Shown: positions 10,901-31,800 of the stretch, piece by piece
Layout: the number at the start of each line of letters is the position of its first letter
Numbering within the stretch: the stretch's first letter is position 1
Assembly: GCA_002269645.1 (NCBI GenBank)
Contig: NIVC01002752.1
Coordinates: forward strand, 62,001-126,000
Length of the DNA: 64,000 nt
Reading direction: 5' to 3'
Source: Macrostomum lignano
Taxonomy: Eukaryota
The notes under the pieces: generated by a model
The model's database searches: none
Told to the model about the DNA's origin: nothing
Seen by the model: only the letters and a program-made list of their open reading frames with translations
Position numbers and translations under genes: made by a program

Positions 10901-12912
10901 CCAAGATTCACAATCCCCAAGCTTCACAATCCCCAAGCTTCACAATCCCCAAGCTTCACAATCCCCAAGATTCACAATCCACAAGATTTACAACCCTCAA
11001 GCTTCACAATCCCCAAGCTTCACAATCCCTAGGCATCACAATCCCTAGGCTTCACAATATCTAGGCATCACAATCCAAAGCTTCACAAAACCAATGGCCA
11101 ATTTCTCCAGTTGCCAAGCTGAGCATCTCGCAACTCACCCCTGCTGAGAGTCGCTTCTCGTTCCGTCGATCTCGACCTCTCACTCGGTCGGCATCACGAT
11201 CTGAGCAAGGATTTTTGAGTCAAAGATCTCGATCAGATGAGGTCAGGGGTCAGGTCGGGTCAGAGTTGTCCCTGTCACGCAATGTCCCTGGGGTTTAGTC
11301 GCTATTTAGGGAAACACTTTGCTAACTTGGGTGAAAAATCCATATACTAAAATGACCAATTAGCTTCTTCCATTGCTGTTTCTTTTATTTTTATTTCCCC
11401 AGCACTCAGCTCAGGTGTCACCTGATCTTTCACACGTCATCCAGGGGCCACCTCGATCTCAGCAGCATCTTGTTTGGGTTCACTTGGGGTCGCGATTCTT
11501 ATGGACCACCAACTGCTCTTTCCAATTTCAAAGAAATCGAGTTGGTGTGCAAGTTTATTAAATTATATTGGCTCAGCCTTGGTTCTAAAGTACAAAAGCT
11601 TGGATAGATACTTCTTTATCGCAGGTAAAGAAAAATTTATCTAAAAAGCCACCTCAGCAGATCATTAATTAATTAAAGTCCCTTCCTTACACAAGCATCT
11701 GAAGGATTCTAATACATAATTAACTATGCATGGGATGTCGCTTGACTTCAAACCTGGCTCGCTCGTATTCCTTGGCAAGCAACTTTTTGCTTAAAAAACT
11801 CTGCAACCAAATCTTTTTTTAAGACCTACAAAAAGTCAGTTTGCGTGATGGTTCGAAATGCTCAGGAAATTTGGAGATCGCTAGACCCTATTGAAGAAAA
11901 AATTCAAATAAAATATCAATATTAGGAAACCTGCTATTTTGCCTTTTGCCGGCTTTCAATAAAATAGTTTTATTAATTATTATTTTCCTTGAATTTGAGG
12001 AAAACAAACATGTTTTTTTTCGATTTGGAGAAGTCTGAAAACAGAAACTGCCTTTTTAATTGCCTAACAGGAAATTTTCCTAACTGAAAAATCTATGTGC
12101 CAGCAGTGACAGCAGTGACAGCAAGAGGAACAGCCAGCAGTGACAGCAGTGACAGCAGGGAACAGCCAGCAATCACAGCAGGGAACAGCCAGCAATCACA
12201 GCAGGGAACAGCCAGCAATCACAGCAGGGAACAGCCAGCAATCACAGCAGGGAACAGCCAGCAATCACAGCAGGGAACAGCCAGCAATCACAGCAAGGGG
12301 AACAGCCAGCAATCACAGCAGGGAACAGCCAGCAATCACAGCAAGGGGAACAGCCAGCAGTGACAGCAGGGAAACAGCCAGCAGTGACAGCAGGGAAACA
12401 GCCAGCAGTGACAGCAGTGACAGCAAGGGGAACAGCCAGCAGTCACAGCAAGGGAACAGCCAGCAATCACAGCAGGGAATAGCCAGCAGTGACAGCAAGG
12501 GGAACAGCCAGCAATCACAGCAGGGAATAGCCAGCAGTGACAGCAGCGAACAGCCAGCAATCACAGCAGGGAACAGCCAGCAGTGACAGCAAGGGGAACA
12601 GCCAGCAGTCACAGCAGAGAACAGCAAGGGGAACAGCCAGCAGTCACAGCAGAGAACAGCAAGGGGAACAGACAGCAGTGACAGCAGGGAACAGCCAGAC
12701 CTACCCGCAGACAGGTTCATATCCAAAGGCCGGTTGAAAAACTGCTGAGCAAAGATCTCAGCGACATTCATGGGAACTCCAGCGCTGGTAGGTGGGCAGT
12801 CCCGCTGTGACTCTCCGATCCCAGACTTTGATGCTTCATCTGTGCTCTGCAGAGCCTCAGTGGCCGGCCTGCTGGGCTGCATCTCCGGTTCAAGCGAAAA
12901 CTTTGGAAGGGC
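2378..12912 (-). CDS. PLEKHG5: PLEKHG5-like (Syx/GEF720) DH-PH Rho guanine nucleotide exchange factor, core exons
   Basis: Exons 12705-12912, 11139-11200, 10443-10569, 8022-8209, 7368-7475, 6629-6940, 5730-5903, 3764-4021, 3271-3406, 2378-2976. Phases are consistent, with one GC donor assumed at 10442. DH motifs: KQQAAIWELCHTE, RLFPCL...LHLKPALLVAKQRGGFIRPSDFQSGF, LKSLLTTPFQRITKYGLLLQEILRHT. PH motifs: IFEGDLRLKD, RCLLFTDMLLLA, PIRLDKLV, DDWLERLRRA. These align block by block with recalled human PLEKHG5. Confidence 0.92.
3487..3657. repeat. 40-bp minisatellite, ~4 units
   Basis: Unit aacatgtgacacctttatcttacaggtgactcccgtgtct. Confidence 0.9.
4120..5680. repeat. 44-bp minisatellite, ~35 units (RhoGEF intron)
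   Basis: Unit gctgtcttacccgccaccccatcactcaccctctccaaagccat, shifting to a gctgcctcaccc...cggggctag variant. Confidence 0.95.
6120..6511. mobile_element. MITE copy 2 (RhoGEF intron)
   Basis: Termini cacaaatactgaagtaactagatggacactcag / ctgagtggtccacctagtagttattctggtacctgtg. Flanks GTGCACAC / GTGCCACAC. Shares aaggcagctgaaatgact and ctactactgaact..aagtagcttacacgcaaat blocks with copy 1. Confidence 0.8.
6981..7220 (-). mobile_element. CORE-type tRNA-derived SINE, head partly lost
   Basis: Near-identical to 58111-58405. On the minus strand: B-box GGTTCGATTC, CORE-like block ending CAGCTGTAAAATGGG, and a (TTA)n tail. Confidence 0.8.
7530..7985. repeat. compound microsatellite (ACTG)n then (ACTA)n
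   Basis: Direct inspection. Confidence 0.97.
8300..9330. repeat. 16-17-bp pyrimidine-rich minisatellite
   Basis: Unit ~ccctcatcccatctct. Confidence 0.95.
9970..10360. repeat. degenerate ctgtaag/ctgtaga tandem repeat
   Basis: Recurring tctgtaagat / tctgtagaa words. Confidence 0.7.
10720..11090. repeat. 16-bp minisatellite (cacaatccccaagctt), same family as 41845-43300
   Basis: Direct inspection; contains a HindIII site in most units. Confidence 0.92.
12100..12700. repeat. ~23-bp minisatellite
   Basis: Unit gcagggaacagccagcaatcaca, with variants. Confidence 0.92.
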
Positions 12913-13179
12913 CTAACAAGCTGGCAATGACTTGCGTTGATTCGCGTCTTCTCCCAGTTCTGTTTAGCTCCCCCTAATGTTGAGCTTTTTGTCCCCTTAT
13001 TATAGCTGATGGGATTTGGAGGATTGGATTGGAGCGGCCCAGCCAGCGCCAATCAACCCGAGTGTGCTCTGTCAGGCATCTGACTGTCTCGGCCTCTCTT
13101 GGGGTGTTATTTAAGCTCGTGTGCTTTATATTGCTGTTTGATGTTCTGCCTTAGTGCTTCTGCACTGCGCTGTCAGGGA

Positions 13180-14430
13180 GGTTTCGGGATTAGAGGACGT
13201 TTTCGGGATTAGAGGACGTTTTCGGGATTAGAAGACGTTTCCGGGATTAGAATGAGTTTTCAGGATTGAGGGGAGTTTTCGGTATTGAGGGGAGTTTTCG
13301 GTATTGAGGGGAGTTTTGGAATTACATGTAAAGGGAGTTTTCGGGATGAGGGGGAGTTTTCGGGATTGATTGGAGTTTTCGGGATTGATTGGAGTTTTCG
13401 GGATTGATTGGAGTTTTCGGTATTGATTGGAGTTTTCGGGATGAGGGGAGTTTTCGGGATGACGGGGAGTTTTCGGTATTAAAGAGAGTTTTCGGTATTG
13501 ATTGGAGTTTTCGGGATGACGGGGAGTTTTCGGTATTAAAGAGAGTTTTCGGGATTGAGGGGAGTTTTCGGGATTGAGGGGAGTTTTCGGGATGAGGGGA
13601 GTTTTCGGGATTGAGGGGAGTTTTCGGGATGAGGGGAGTTTTCGGTATTAAAGAGAGTTTTCGGGATGAGGGGAGTTTTCGGGATGAGGGGAGTTTTCGG
13701 GATGAGGGGAGTTTTCGGGATTGAGGGGAGTTTTCGGGATGAGGGGAGTTTTCGGGATTGAGGGGAGTTTTCGGGATTAAAGAGAGTTTTCGGGATGAGG
13801 GGAGTTTTCGGGATGAGGGGAGTTTTCGGGATGAGGGGAGTTTTCGGGATGAGGGGAGTTTTCGGGATGAGGGGAGTTTTCGGGATGAGGGGAGTTTTCG
13901 GGATGAGGGGAGTTTTCGGGATGAGGGGAGTTTTCGGGATGAGGGGAGTTTTCGGTATTAAAGAGAGTTTTCGGGATGAGGGGAGTTTTCGGGATGAGGG
14001 GAGTTTTCGGGATTGAGGGGAGTTTTCGGGATTGAGGGGAGTTTTCGGGATGAGGGGAGTTTTCGGGATTGAGGGGAGTTTTCGGGATTGAGAGGAGTTT
14101 TCGGGATGAGGGGGAGTTTTCGGTATTAAAGGGAGTTTTCGGGATTAAGGGGAGTTTTCGGGACAAGGGGGAGTTTTCGGGATGAGGGGAGTTTTCGGGA
14201 TGAGGGGAGTTTTCGGGATGAGGGGAGTTTTCGGGATGAGGGGAGTTTTCGGGATGAGGGGAGTTTTCGGGATTGAGGGGAGTTTTCGGGATGAGGGGAG
14301 TTTTCGGGATTGAGGGGAGTTTTCGGGATGAGGGGAGTTTTCGGGATGAGGGGAGTTTTCGGGATTGAGGGGAGTTTTCGGGATGAGGGGAGTTTTCGGG
14401 ATGAGGGGAGTTTTCGAGATTGAGGGGAGT
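13180..14430. repeat. 18-19-bp G-rich minisatellite
   Basis: Unit gagttttcgggatgaggg. Confidence 0.95.
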
Positions 14431-14771
14431 TTTTGGGATTTGTGTAATTTTCGAGTTAGTTAATAATTTTTCAGTGTCGCCAAAATTTTTCTTAATTGAA
14501 GAAGAGATTTGATTGGAATTCGGATCTTTTAAAAGCCTCAGTCAGATCAGTGCAGCGGCAGCTGGATCTGCTGCATGTTGGAAAACGGCAATTGCTTGTG
14601 CTCAGCGTGGAGACAGTAGCACACCTCTCTTCGAATACAATTGGTTCTATGCAAGCCTTTTACCCTGAACCCGTCAGTTCAAAATGCGTCAGTTCATGCA
14701 TTTTTTGCTTTGTCTCCTCTCTGCCTTCCCTGCTCGGGATTTTCTGCTTTTTTGTTTAAATTCACTCATAC

Positions 14772-25090
<10,319 letters not shown>

Positions 25091-25659
25091 CGCTCCGTCA
25101 GGGTTATTTTCCTTAGCAACTATCAGATCTGGAGTGCAAATTTGACTGTCAGAAAGAGTTCCTTCGGCAATAAATACGAGTATATAAAGGGATTTTTAAA
25201 GGGGATTTCTGTGAAAGTGGAATTTCTGTCAAAGTGGGATTTCTATCAAAGTGGGATTTCTGTCAAAGTGGGATTTCTGTCAAAATGGGATTTCGTCGAA
25301 TCGTGTTTTTGTTAGGGAGGGATTTCTCAAATTCTCGAGCTTCTCGAGCAGTGCCGAGCTGCCTCTGAGCAGGCTGAGCTTTTCAGTTTCAATCGCTTTA
25401 TTTTGTTTTTATGCGGGAAAATTGACAGATTGCAAATCGCTCAGAATCTGTTTAGCATAGATGGATGGCAGGTGTCTGACTCAGATCCCTCAAAAGCGTT
25501 GGCTCACAATTTATCACTATCTCAAAGTCGTCCAATCTATCTTCATAAGGCTGACTTGTACTTTTTTAATTTTTCGTTGAAATGCAGAAAAGCGTTGCCG
25601 TATCAAAATCCCTAGCTTTTGAGTCCTACTCGTGATGGAGCGTGAATCAATGACCCAAA

Positions 25660-25990
25660 CTGTCTGACATGAACAGCCTATGACTCAAACTAATTGACAC
25701 AGTCTATGACTTAAACTGTCTATGATTCGAGCTGTCTGACTTAAACTGTCTATGGCTCAAACTGTCTATGACTCAAACTGTCTATGACTCAAACTGTCTA
25801 TGACTCAAACTGTCTATGACTCAAACTGTCTATGACTCAAACTGTCTATGACTCACACTGTCTATACCTCAAACTGTCTATGGCTCAAACTGTCTATGAC
25901 TCAAACTGTCTATGACTAAAATCATCTGACTCAAACTATGGCTCTAATTATCTATGACTCAATCTGTCTACATGACTTAAACTGTCTAAA
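25660..25990. repeat. 16-bp minisatellite
   Basis: Unit tgactcaaactgtcta. Confidence 0.9.
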
Positions 25991-26419
25991 AGATAAAAAA
26001 AATCATGACTCATATTTTTCAAAATCAGCGTTCGACTATCAGAAACTCCAGACCAAGTCAGCAGAAGTGTACTTTTATAAGTCGAGGCATTTGCTTTTTA
26101 AAATTGACATCCGCTTCCTGTTGACTGCCAAAGACTGGCTTGGGGGCTCAAATTCTGATCTGCACATCCGCCTTGCTTTATGGCCGGCACTTATCTTTTG
26201 GTGTGGGAGTTTGGACTGGTTTGAGCAATGCGAGAAGTGGCTATAGGTGAGAAGTGACGGAGAATAAGTTCAGACGATCCGTTCGACAGGAAAGGATAAG
26301 TGATAAGGAAGTGATGAATTGAATAATCAATCCAGTTTCGTAGCTCGCAACAGAGACTGGGAGAATTTCCCCTTGAGTTCTTCGAAGTAGGTGAGAATGG
26401 TAGTATTTATCAGGTTAGT

Positions 26420-26770
26420 GATAGAGGTAGACATTGGGAGAGAGGTAGTTTTGGGATGAGAGGCAGACATAGAGATAGACATACCGAGAGAGGTGGACTT
26501 GGGTTGAGAGGTAGACATAGAGCGAGAGGTAGACATAGAGGGAGAGGTAGACATAGAGCGAGAGGTAGACTTAGGGAGAGAGGTAGACTTGGGGTGAGAG
26601 ATAGACATACAGGGAGAGGTAGACTTGGATTGAGAGGTATACGTACAGGGAGAGGTAGACTTGGGGTGAGAGGTAGACATAGAGGGAGAGGTAGACATAG
26701 GGAGAGAGGTAGACTTGGGTTGAGAGGTAGACTTGGGTTGAGAGGTAGACTTGAAGGGAGAGGTAGACAC
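26420..26770. repeat. ~18-bp minisatellite
   Basis: Unit ~gagaggtagacatagagg. Confidence 0.88.
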
Positions 26771-27729
26771 ACCGAAAGGAAAAGTTACAGGCAGACATGG
26801 GGTAAGAAGTAGACAGGAGGCAGCTAGACAGAATGTGAGAGGCAGTTCTGACAGAGCAGGGTCGACTAGCAACTAGAAGAGATCGCAAGGGGAATCCAGG
26901 TAAAGAGCAACGCTTTCTTTCGTTGCCCAACAGAAAAGTGTGCTAGAATTTTAGGCGCGTTGCACTTTCAGAACAGTTGGAGTGGTAGACCGGGCCGGGG
27001 GCGAGGTCAGGCAGCATGAGCTCGCACTCACTCAGGTGAACTTGTCCTCCTGCCGAGGCGAACAGAAATAGAAAGTCGGTGTTCGCGGCTTGAGCTTTTC
27101 ACCTTCTTTTCGTTGAGCGGGAGGGAGCTTTATTTTAGAGGCAAACAGACACGGGGAATGGGGTGGAGCAGAGCTGGGAAGTGAAGGGGGAAGCCCCTGC
27201 TTCCGGACTTTTTTGTTAGGCTAAGGGGGAGCATTTAGAGTGAAGGATCCAGGGGGGGGGGTACATTAGCACCTCATTGGTCATTGGGGCAGAAGCAGCA
27301 ATATCATTGGAGAGCCTGGGAGTTGCCATGCTTGTCCGATTCGAATTCTCGCACTTTCCTAGAATTCTCGATCTCTGTGTCTCTCTGACTTAAGTGTCAG
27401 CATAATTATCTAAGAGCGACATCTGCGTCCAGTGTGCGATAGAGTGAGTGCAGTTTTATTTATGCTAATTCAATGCTCCCTCAACACTCCAGACCGCTTT
27501 TCGAAGAATAACATTCGGCCGAGTTGTTAGGTGGTCACTTTCTGCTTTCTGTGGCGAATTCCATAGAAACGAAATTTTTGTCTGTCAAGAACTAACAAAC
27601 TATTTGAAATTTGATATTTGTTAAACTTTTACTGAACTGTCGTAACTCGCGTGGGAGTTTTCTGTTAAGCACGATTTTAAAAAAGAGGGTGACTGTGGAA
27701 AACAAGGGGAGAAAAGAAAGAAGTAGGAA

Positions 27730-28570
27730 ATATGAGTTCATAAGTTTATGAGCGATTCCATGAGAGAGTTCATGATTTACTTTATGAGTGAGTTTAAGTG
27801 AGTTTATGAGTGACTTCCCACATACTAAAAATGGTCTGTCTGTGTCTTTATGACTGACTTTATGAGTGAGTTTTTGAGTGACTTTATGAGTGATTTTATG
27901 AGTGAGATTATGAGGGAGTTCATGAGTTTATGAGAGAGTTCATGAGTGAGCTCATGAGTGAGTTTATGAGTGCATTTATGAGTGACTTTATGAGTGATTT
28001 TATGAGTGAGATTATGAGGGAGTTCATGAGTGAGCTCGTGAGTGAGTTTATGAATGAGTTAATGAGTGAGTTAATGAGTGAGTTAATGAGTGAGCTCATG
28101 AGTGAGTTTATGAATGAGTTTATGAGTGAGTTAATGAGTGAGTTAATGAGTGAGCTCATGAGTGAGTTTATGAATGAGTTTATGAGTGAGTTAATGAGTG
28201 AGCTCATGAGTGAGTTTATGAATGAGTTTATGAGTGAGTTAATGAGTGAGTTAATGAGTGAGCTCATGTGTGAGTTTATGAATGAGTTTATGAGTGAGTT
28301 AATGAGTGAGTTAATGAGTGAGCTCATGAGTGAGTTTATGAATGAGTTTATGAGTGAGTTAATGAGTGAGTTAATGAGTGAGCTCATGAGTGAGTTTATG
28401 AATGAGTTTATGAGTGAGTTAATGAGTGAGCTCATGAGTGAGTTTATGAATGAGTTTATGAGTGAGTTAATGAGTGAGTTAATGAGTGAGCTCATGAGTG
28501 AGTTTATGAATGAGTTTATGAGTGAGTTAATGAGTGAGTTAATGAGTGAGCTCATGTGTGAGTTTATGAA
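27730..28570. repeat. 12-bp minisatellite
   Basis: Units atgagtgagttt / atgagtgagtta / atgagtgagctc. Confidence 0.95.
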
Positions 28571-28681
28571 CGCATCGCGAGTAATTAGTTAGTTGGCGAG
28601 TGAATAAAAAGGTTCTTGAGCTTTTAAAGCTTTCTCAGAAATAAATATAGAGAAACAACTGACAGTCTCAGTAAGCAAGAT

Positions 28682-28687
28682 TTTATT
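28682..28687 (-). promoter_or_regulatory. polyadenylation signal of the beta-lactamase-like gene
   Basis: AATAAA on the minus strand ~115 nt after the stop at 28803. Confidence 0.6.
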
Positions 28688-28802
28688 TTCGTGTCAAGCA
28701 CGTACATGTAATTATCCCATCTAAAAAAGTTTGAGTCTTGTATCATCTATCATCTATCACATCCCTGTTGCATCAAAATGTCAGGCGCCAGGCGTAGCCA
28801 GT

Positions 28803-31800
28803 TCAAATGGCTGCCAGAGCCGAGAAGCCCCCGGCAACCGCCAGAGCGACAATGGCTGACAGGCTGGCAGCGAGTTTCATGCCTGACTTTGGCGGGTCCG
28901 GGCACAGCTGGGGCGGCGTCCAGCTGCCCGGGTCCAGGCCCTTCAGTAGCAGCGTCTCCTGCTCGAAGACAAATGACTGCATCACCAGCTGGCTGGCGTT
29001 GACACTGTCGCGTCTGACAGTCAGGAAGGACAGCGGGTTGGCCCAGACCGCATACGGCACCGTGATGCTGTCGGCTGTCCGCTCGATTATGTTGCCAGGA
29101 CTGGAGGACTCCTGCGGCTCCAGCAGGTTCACGAAGAACTGATAAGGCTCCGGTTCGGCCGTCAGCGAGACAGGGATCAGCTCCAGCTTGCCTATGCCGT
29201 ACAGCAGTGTCAAACTGCCAGCGGTCTCGTTAGGGTGCACACGCACCTGACCAAATCCAAAGTTGGCGTACCTGCCACAGGTGGGAAATGTTCGATGGGT
29301 CTTTTATCTACTGCGAGATGAGGGGTTTGGGAAAGCTCTGAATCCGTGATATTAATTATTCTATTCACCTCACTCCCGCACCCACCTCACTCCCGCACCC
29401 ACCTCACTCCCGTACCCACCTCACTCCCGCACCCACCTAACTCCCGCACCCATCTCACTGCCGCAACCACCTCACTCCCGCACCCACCTAACTCCCGCAC
29501 CCACCCCACTCCTGCACCCACCTCACTCCTGCACCCACCTGAAACCTGCACCCACCTGAAACCTGCACCCACCTGAAACCTGCACCCACCTGAAACCTGC
29601 ACCCACCTGAAACCTGCACCCACCTGAAACCTGCACCCACCTGAAACCTGCACCCACCTCACTCCTGCACCCATCTGAAACCTGCACCCACCTCACTCCT
29701 GCACCTACCATCGTCCTGCACCCACCCCACTCCTGCACCCACCTCACTCCTGCACCCACCCCACTCCTGCACCCACCTCACTCCTGCACCCACCTCACTC
29801 CTGCACCCACCTCACTCCTGAACCCACCTCACTCCTGCACCCACCTCACTCCTGCACCACCCCACTCCTGCACCCACCCACTCGTTCACCCACCTCACTC
29901 CTGTACCCACCTCACTCCTGCACCCACCTCACTCCCGGACCCACCTCACTCCCAGCCCCACCTCACTCCTGCACCCACCTCACTGCTCCTTCTATTTATT
30001 CCACCCACCAATTCTAAATGGCAATGCCCTATATTTAACATCACTCTTCGATAATGTCATCACACTGCAAGCTAAAGGACAAGCAAAAATTCAATAATAA
30101 TTGCTTCTATGAGCAGCGCACCTGCCGGTCAGTAGATTAACCTCGTCACTGGTCAATTTTCGTCGCTGCATTTTGTACACCCTGGGATCGGCTGGTATTT
30201 TATTGAATATCTCGCAGACGTTGTCCTCTGTCACGAATGAGTGGTTTCTTAGCAGCAAGTCAGCGATGTACTTATTGATAACAGATGCGTAAGCGACTTG
30301 AAGGGGGGCACTGTCCACCTGTTCCAGGGTCATGTGATTGAAAACGGCCAGGTTCTGACTGGGGAAGATGTCCAACTCGCAGCGCACACCTAGCAGAGAG
30401 CCACCGTGACTGAAATCCAGGTGCCCTGTGCAGGTTGAAAAGCTGCTTTGTGCAACGCTTGAAAATCGTTTTGTTAGCTTGCAAAAGTACAAGGACAAGG
30501 TGGGTGAACGAGTGGGGTGGGTGCAGGAGTGAGGTGGGTACAGGAGTGAGGTGGGTGAACGAGTGGGTGGGTGCAGGAGTGGGGTGGTGCAGGAGTGAGG
30601 TGGGTGCAGGAGTGAGGTGGGTACAGGAGTGAGGTGGGTGAACGAGTGGGTGGGTGCAGGAGTGGGGTGGTGCAGGAGTGAGGTGGGTGCAGGAGTGAGG
30701 TGGGTGCAGGAGTGAGGTGGGTGCAGGAGTGAGGTGAGTGCAGGAGTGAGGTGGGTGCAGGAGTGAGGTGGGTGCAGGAGTGAGGTGGGTACAGGAGTGA
30801 GGTGGGTGCAGGAGTGAGGTGGGTGCAGGAGTGAGGTGGGTGCAGGAGTGAGGTGGGTGCAGGAGTGAGGTGGGTGCAGCAGTGAGGTGGGTGAACGAAT
30901 GGGGTGGGTGCAGGAGTGAGGTGATATAGGAGTGACGTGGGTGCAGGAGTGGGGTGAGTGCAGGACGGAGGTGGGTGCAGGAGTGAGTTGGGTGCAGGAG
31001 TGGGGTGGGTGCAGGAGTGGGGTGGGTGCAGGAGTGAGGTGGGTGCAGGAGTGGGGTGGGTACGGGAGTGAGGTGGGTGCAGGAGTGGGGTGGGTGCAGG
31101 AGTGGGGTGGGTGCAGGAGTGGGGTGGGTGCAGGAGTGAGGTGGGTGCATATACGAGTAATATGAGAAAAGACTCACTTCCATACCAGGTCCGCTTCCAG
31201 CCACGGCCGTAGGACTCGATCTCCCAGTCCGGCAGGTCGCTGACCACGCTGGCATTGTACAACTGCGGGTTGAACAGGGCGTTCCCAACTCCTGCTGCCA
31301 AGGCGTTCAATGGTCGAAACTGTCCCGGCGCCGGCTCGTAGACGGAGTGTTTGGGGCTGGCGAGGTGGCGCATGTACCGCGACATGTCCGGCAGCGAGGC
31401 CAAAATGCCGCCGGCAGCTTCAACAAACCTTGTAGCTCTATGCAATACATTAATTTAGTGACGCTTTGTCTTACTAGTAGTAGGATGATAAACGTTTTTC
31501 ACTTGTTTTTAAGATATTGATCAAAAAATTGAAAAATAATGCCAAAATCGTGTCAAGTTAGCCTGGCGTCGCAACTCATCACAGCTTAACTAGAATTTAA
31601 AGCCCAGACTCACCGCTCCATCTTGGACATCTCCAGCGGCACTTCCAGCCGCTTGTACTGCTGATTGATGACGACTCGGTCCAGCAGTTGCTTCTGCTTG
31701 ATCTCTGAGCTGCCGTGAGTGTCCGTCATGCCCAGCGGTTGCCAGAGAAACTCGCGCATGTACTGGACGAAGCTGCGGTTCGTCAGGCGTTGCACAGCCA

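Noticed and set aside
14540-14635. Minus-strand segment resembling the PLEKHG5 RBD (VLLS..EHKQLPFSNMQ)
   Set aside because: It needs a frameshift, has no usable donor and hits stops. It was left out of the model, although it could be an error-damaged exon.
26240-26400. Exon-like pieces on both strands near 26.3 kb
   Set aside because: Strand and frame are ambiguous, there is no homology and no phase-consistent neighbour.
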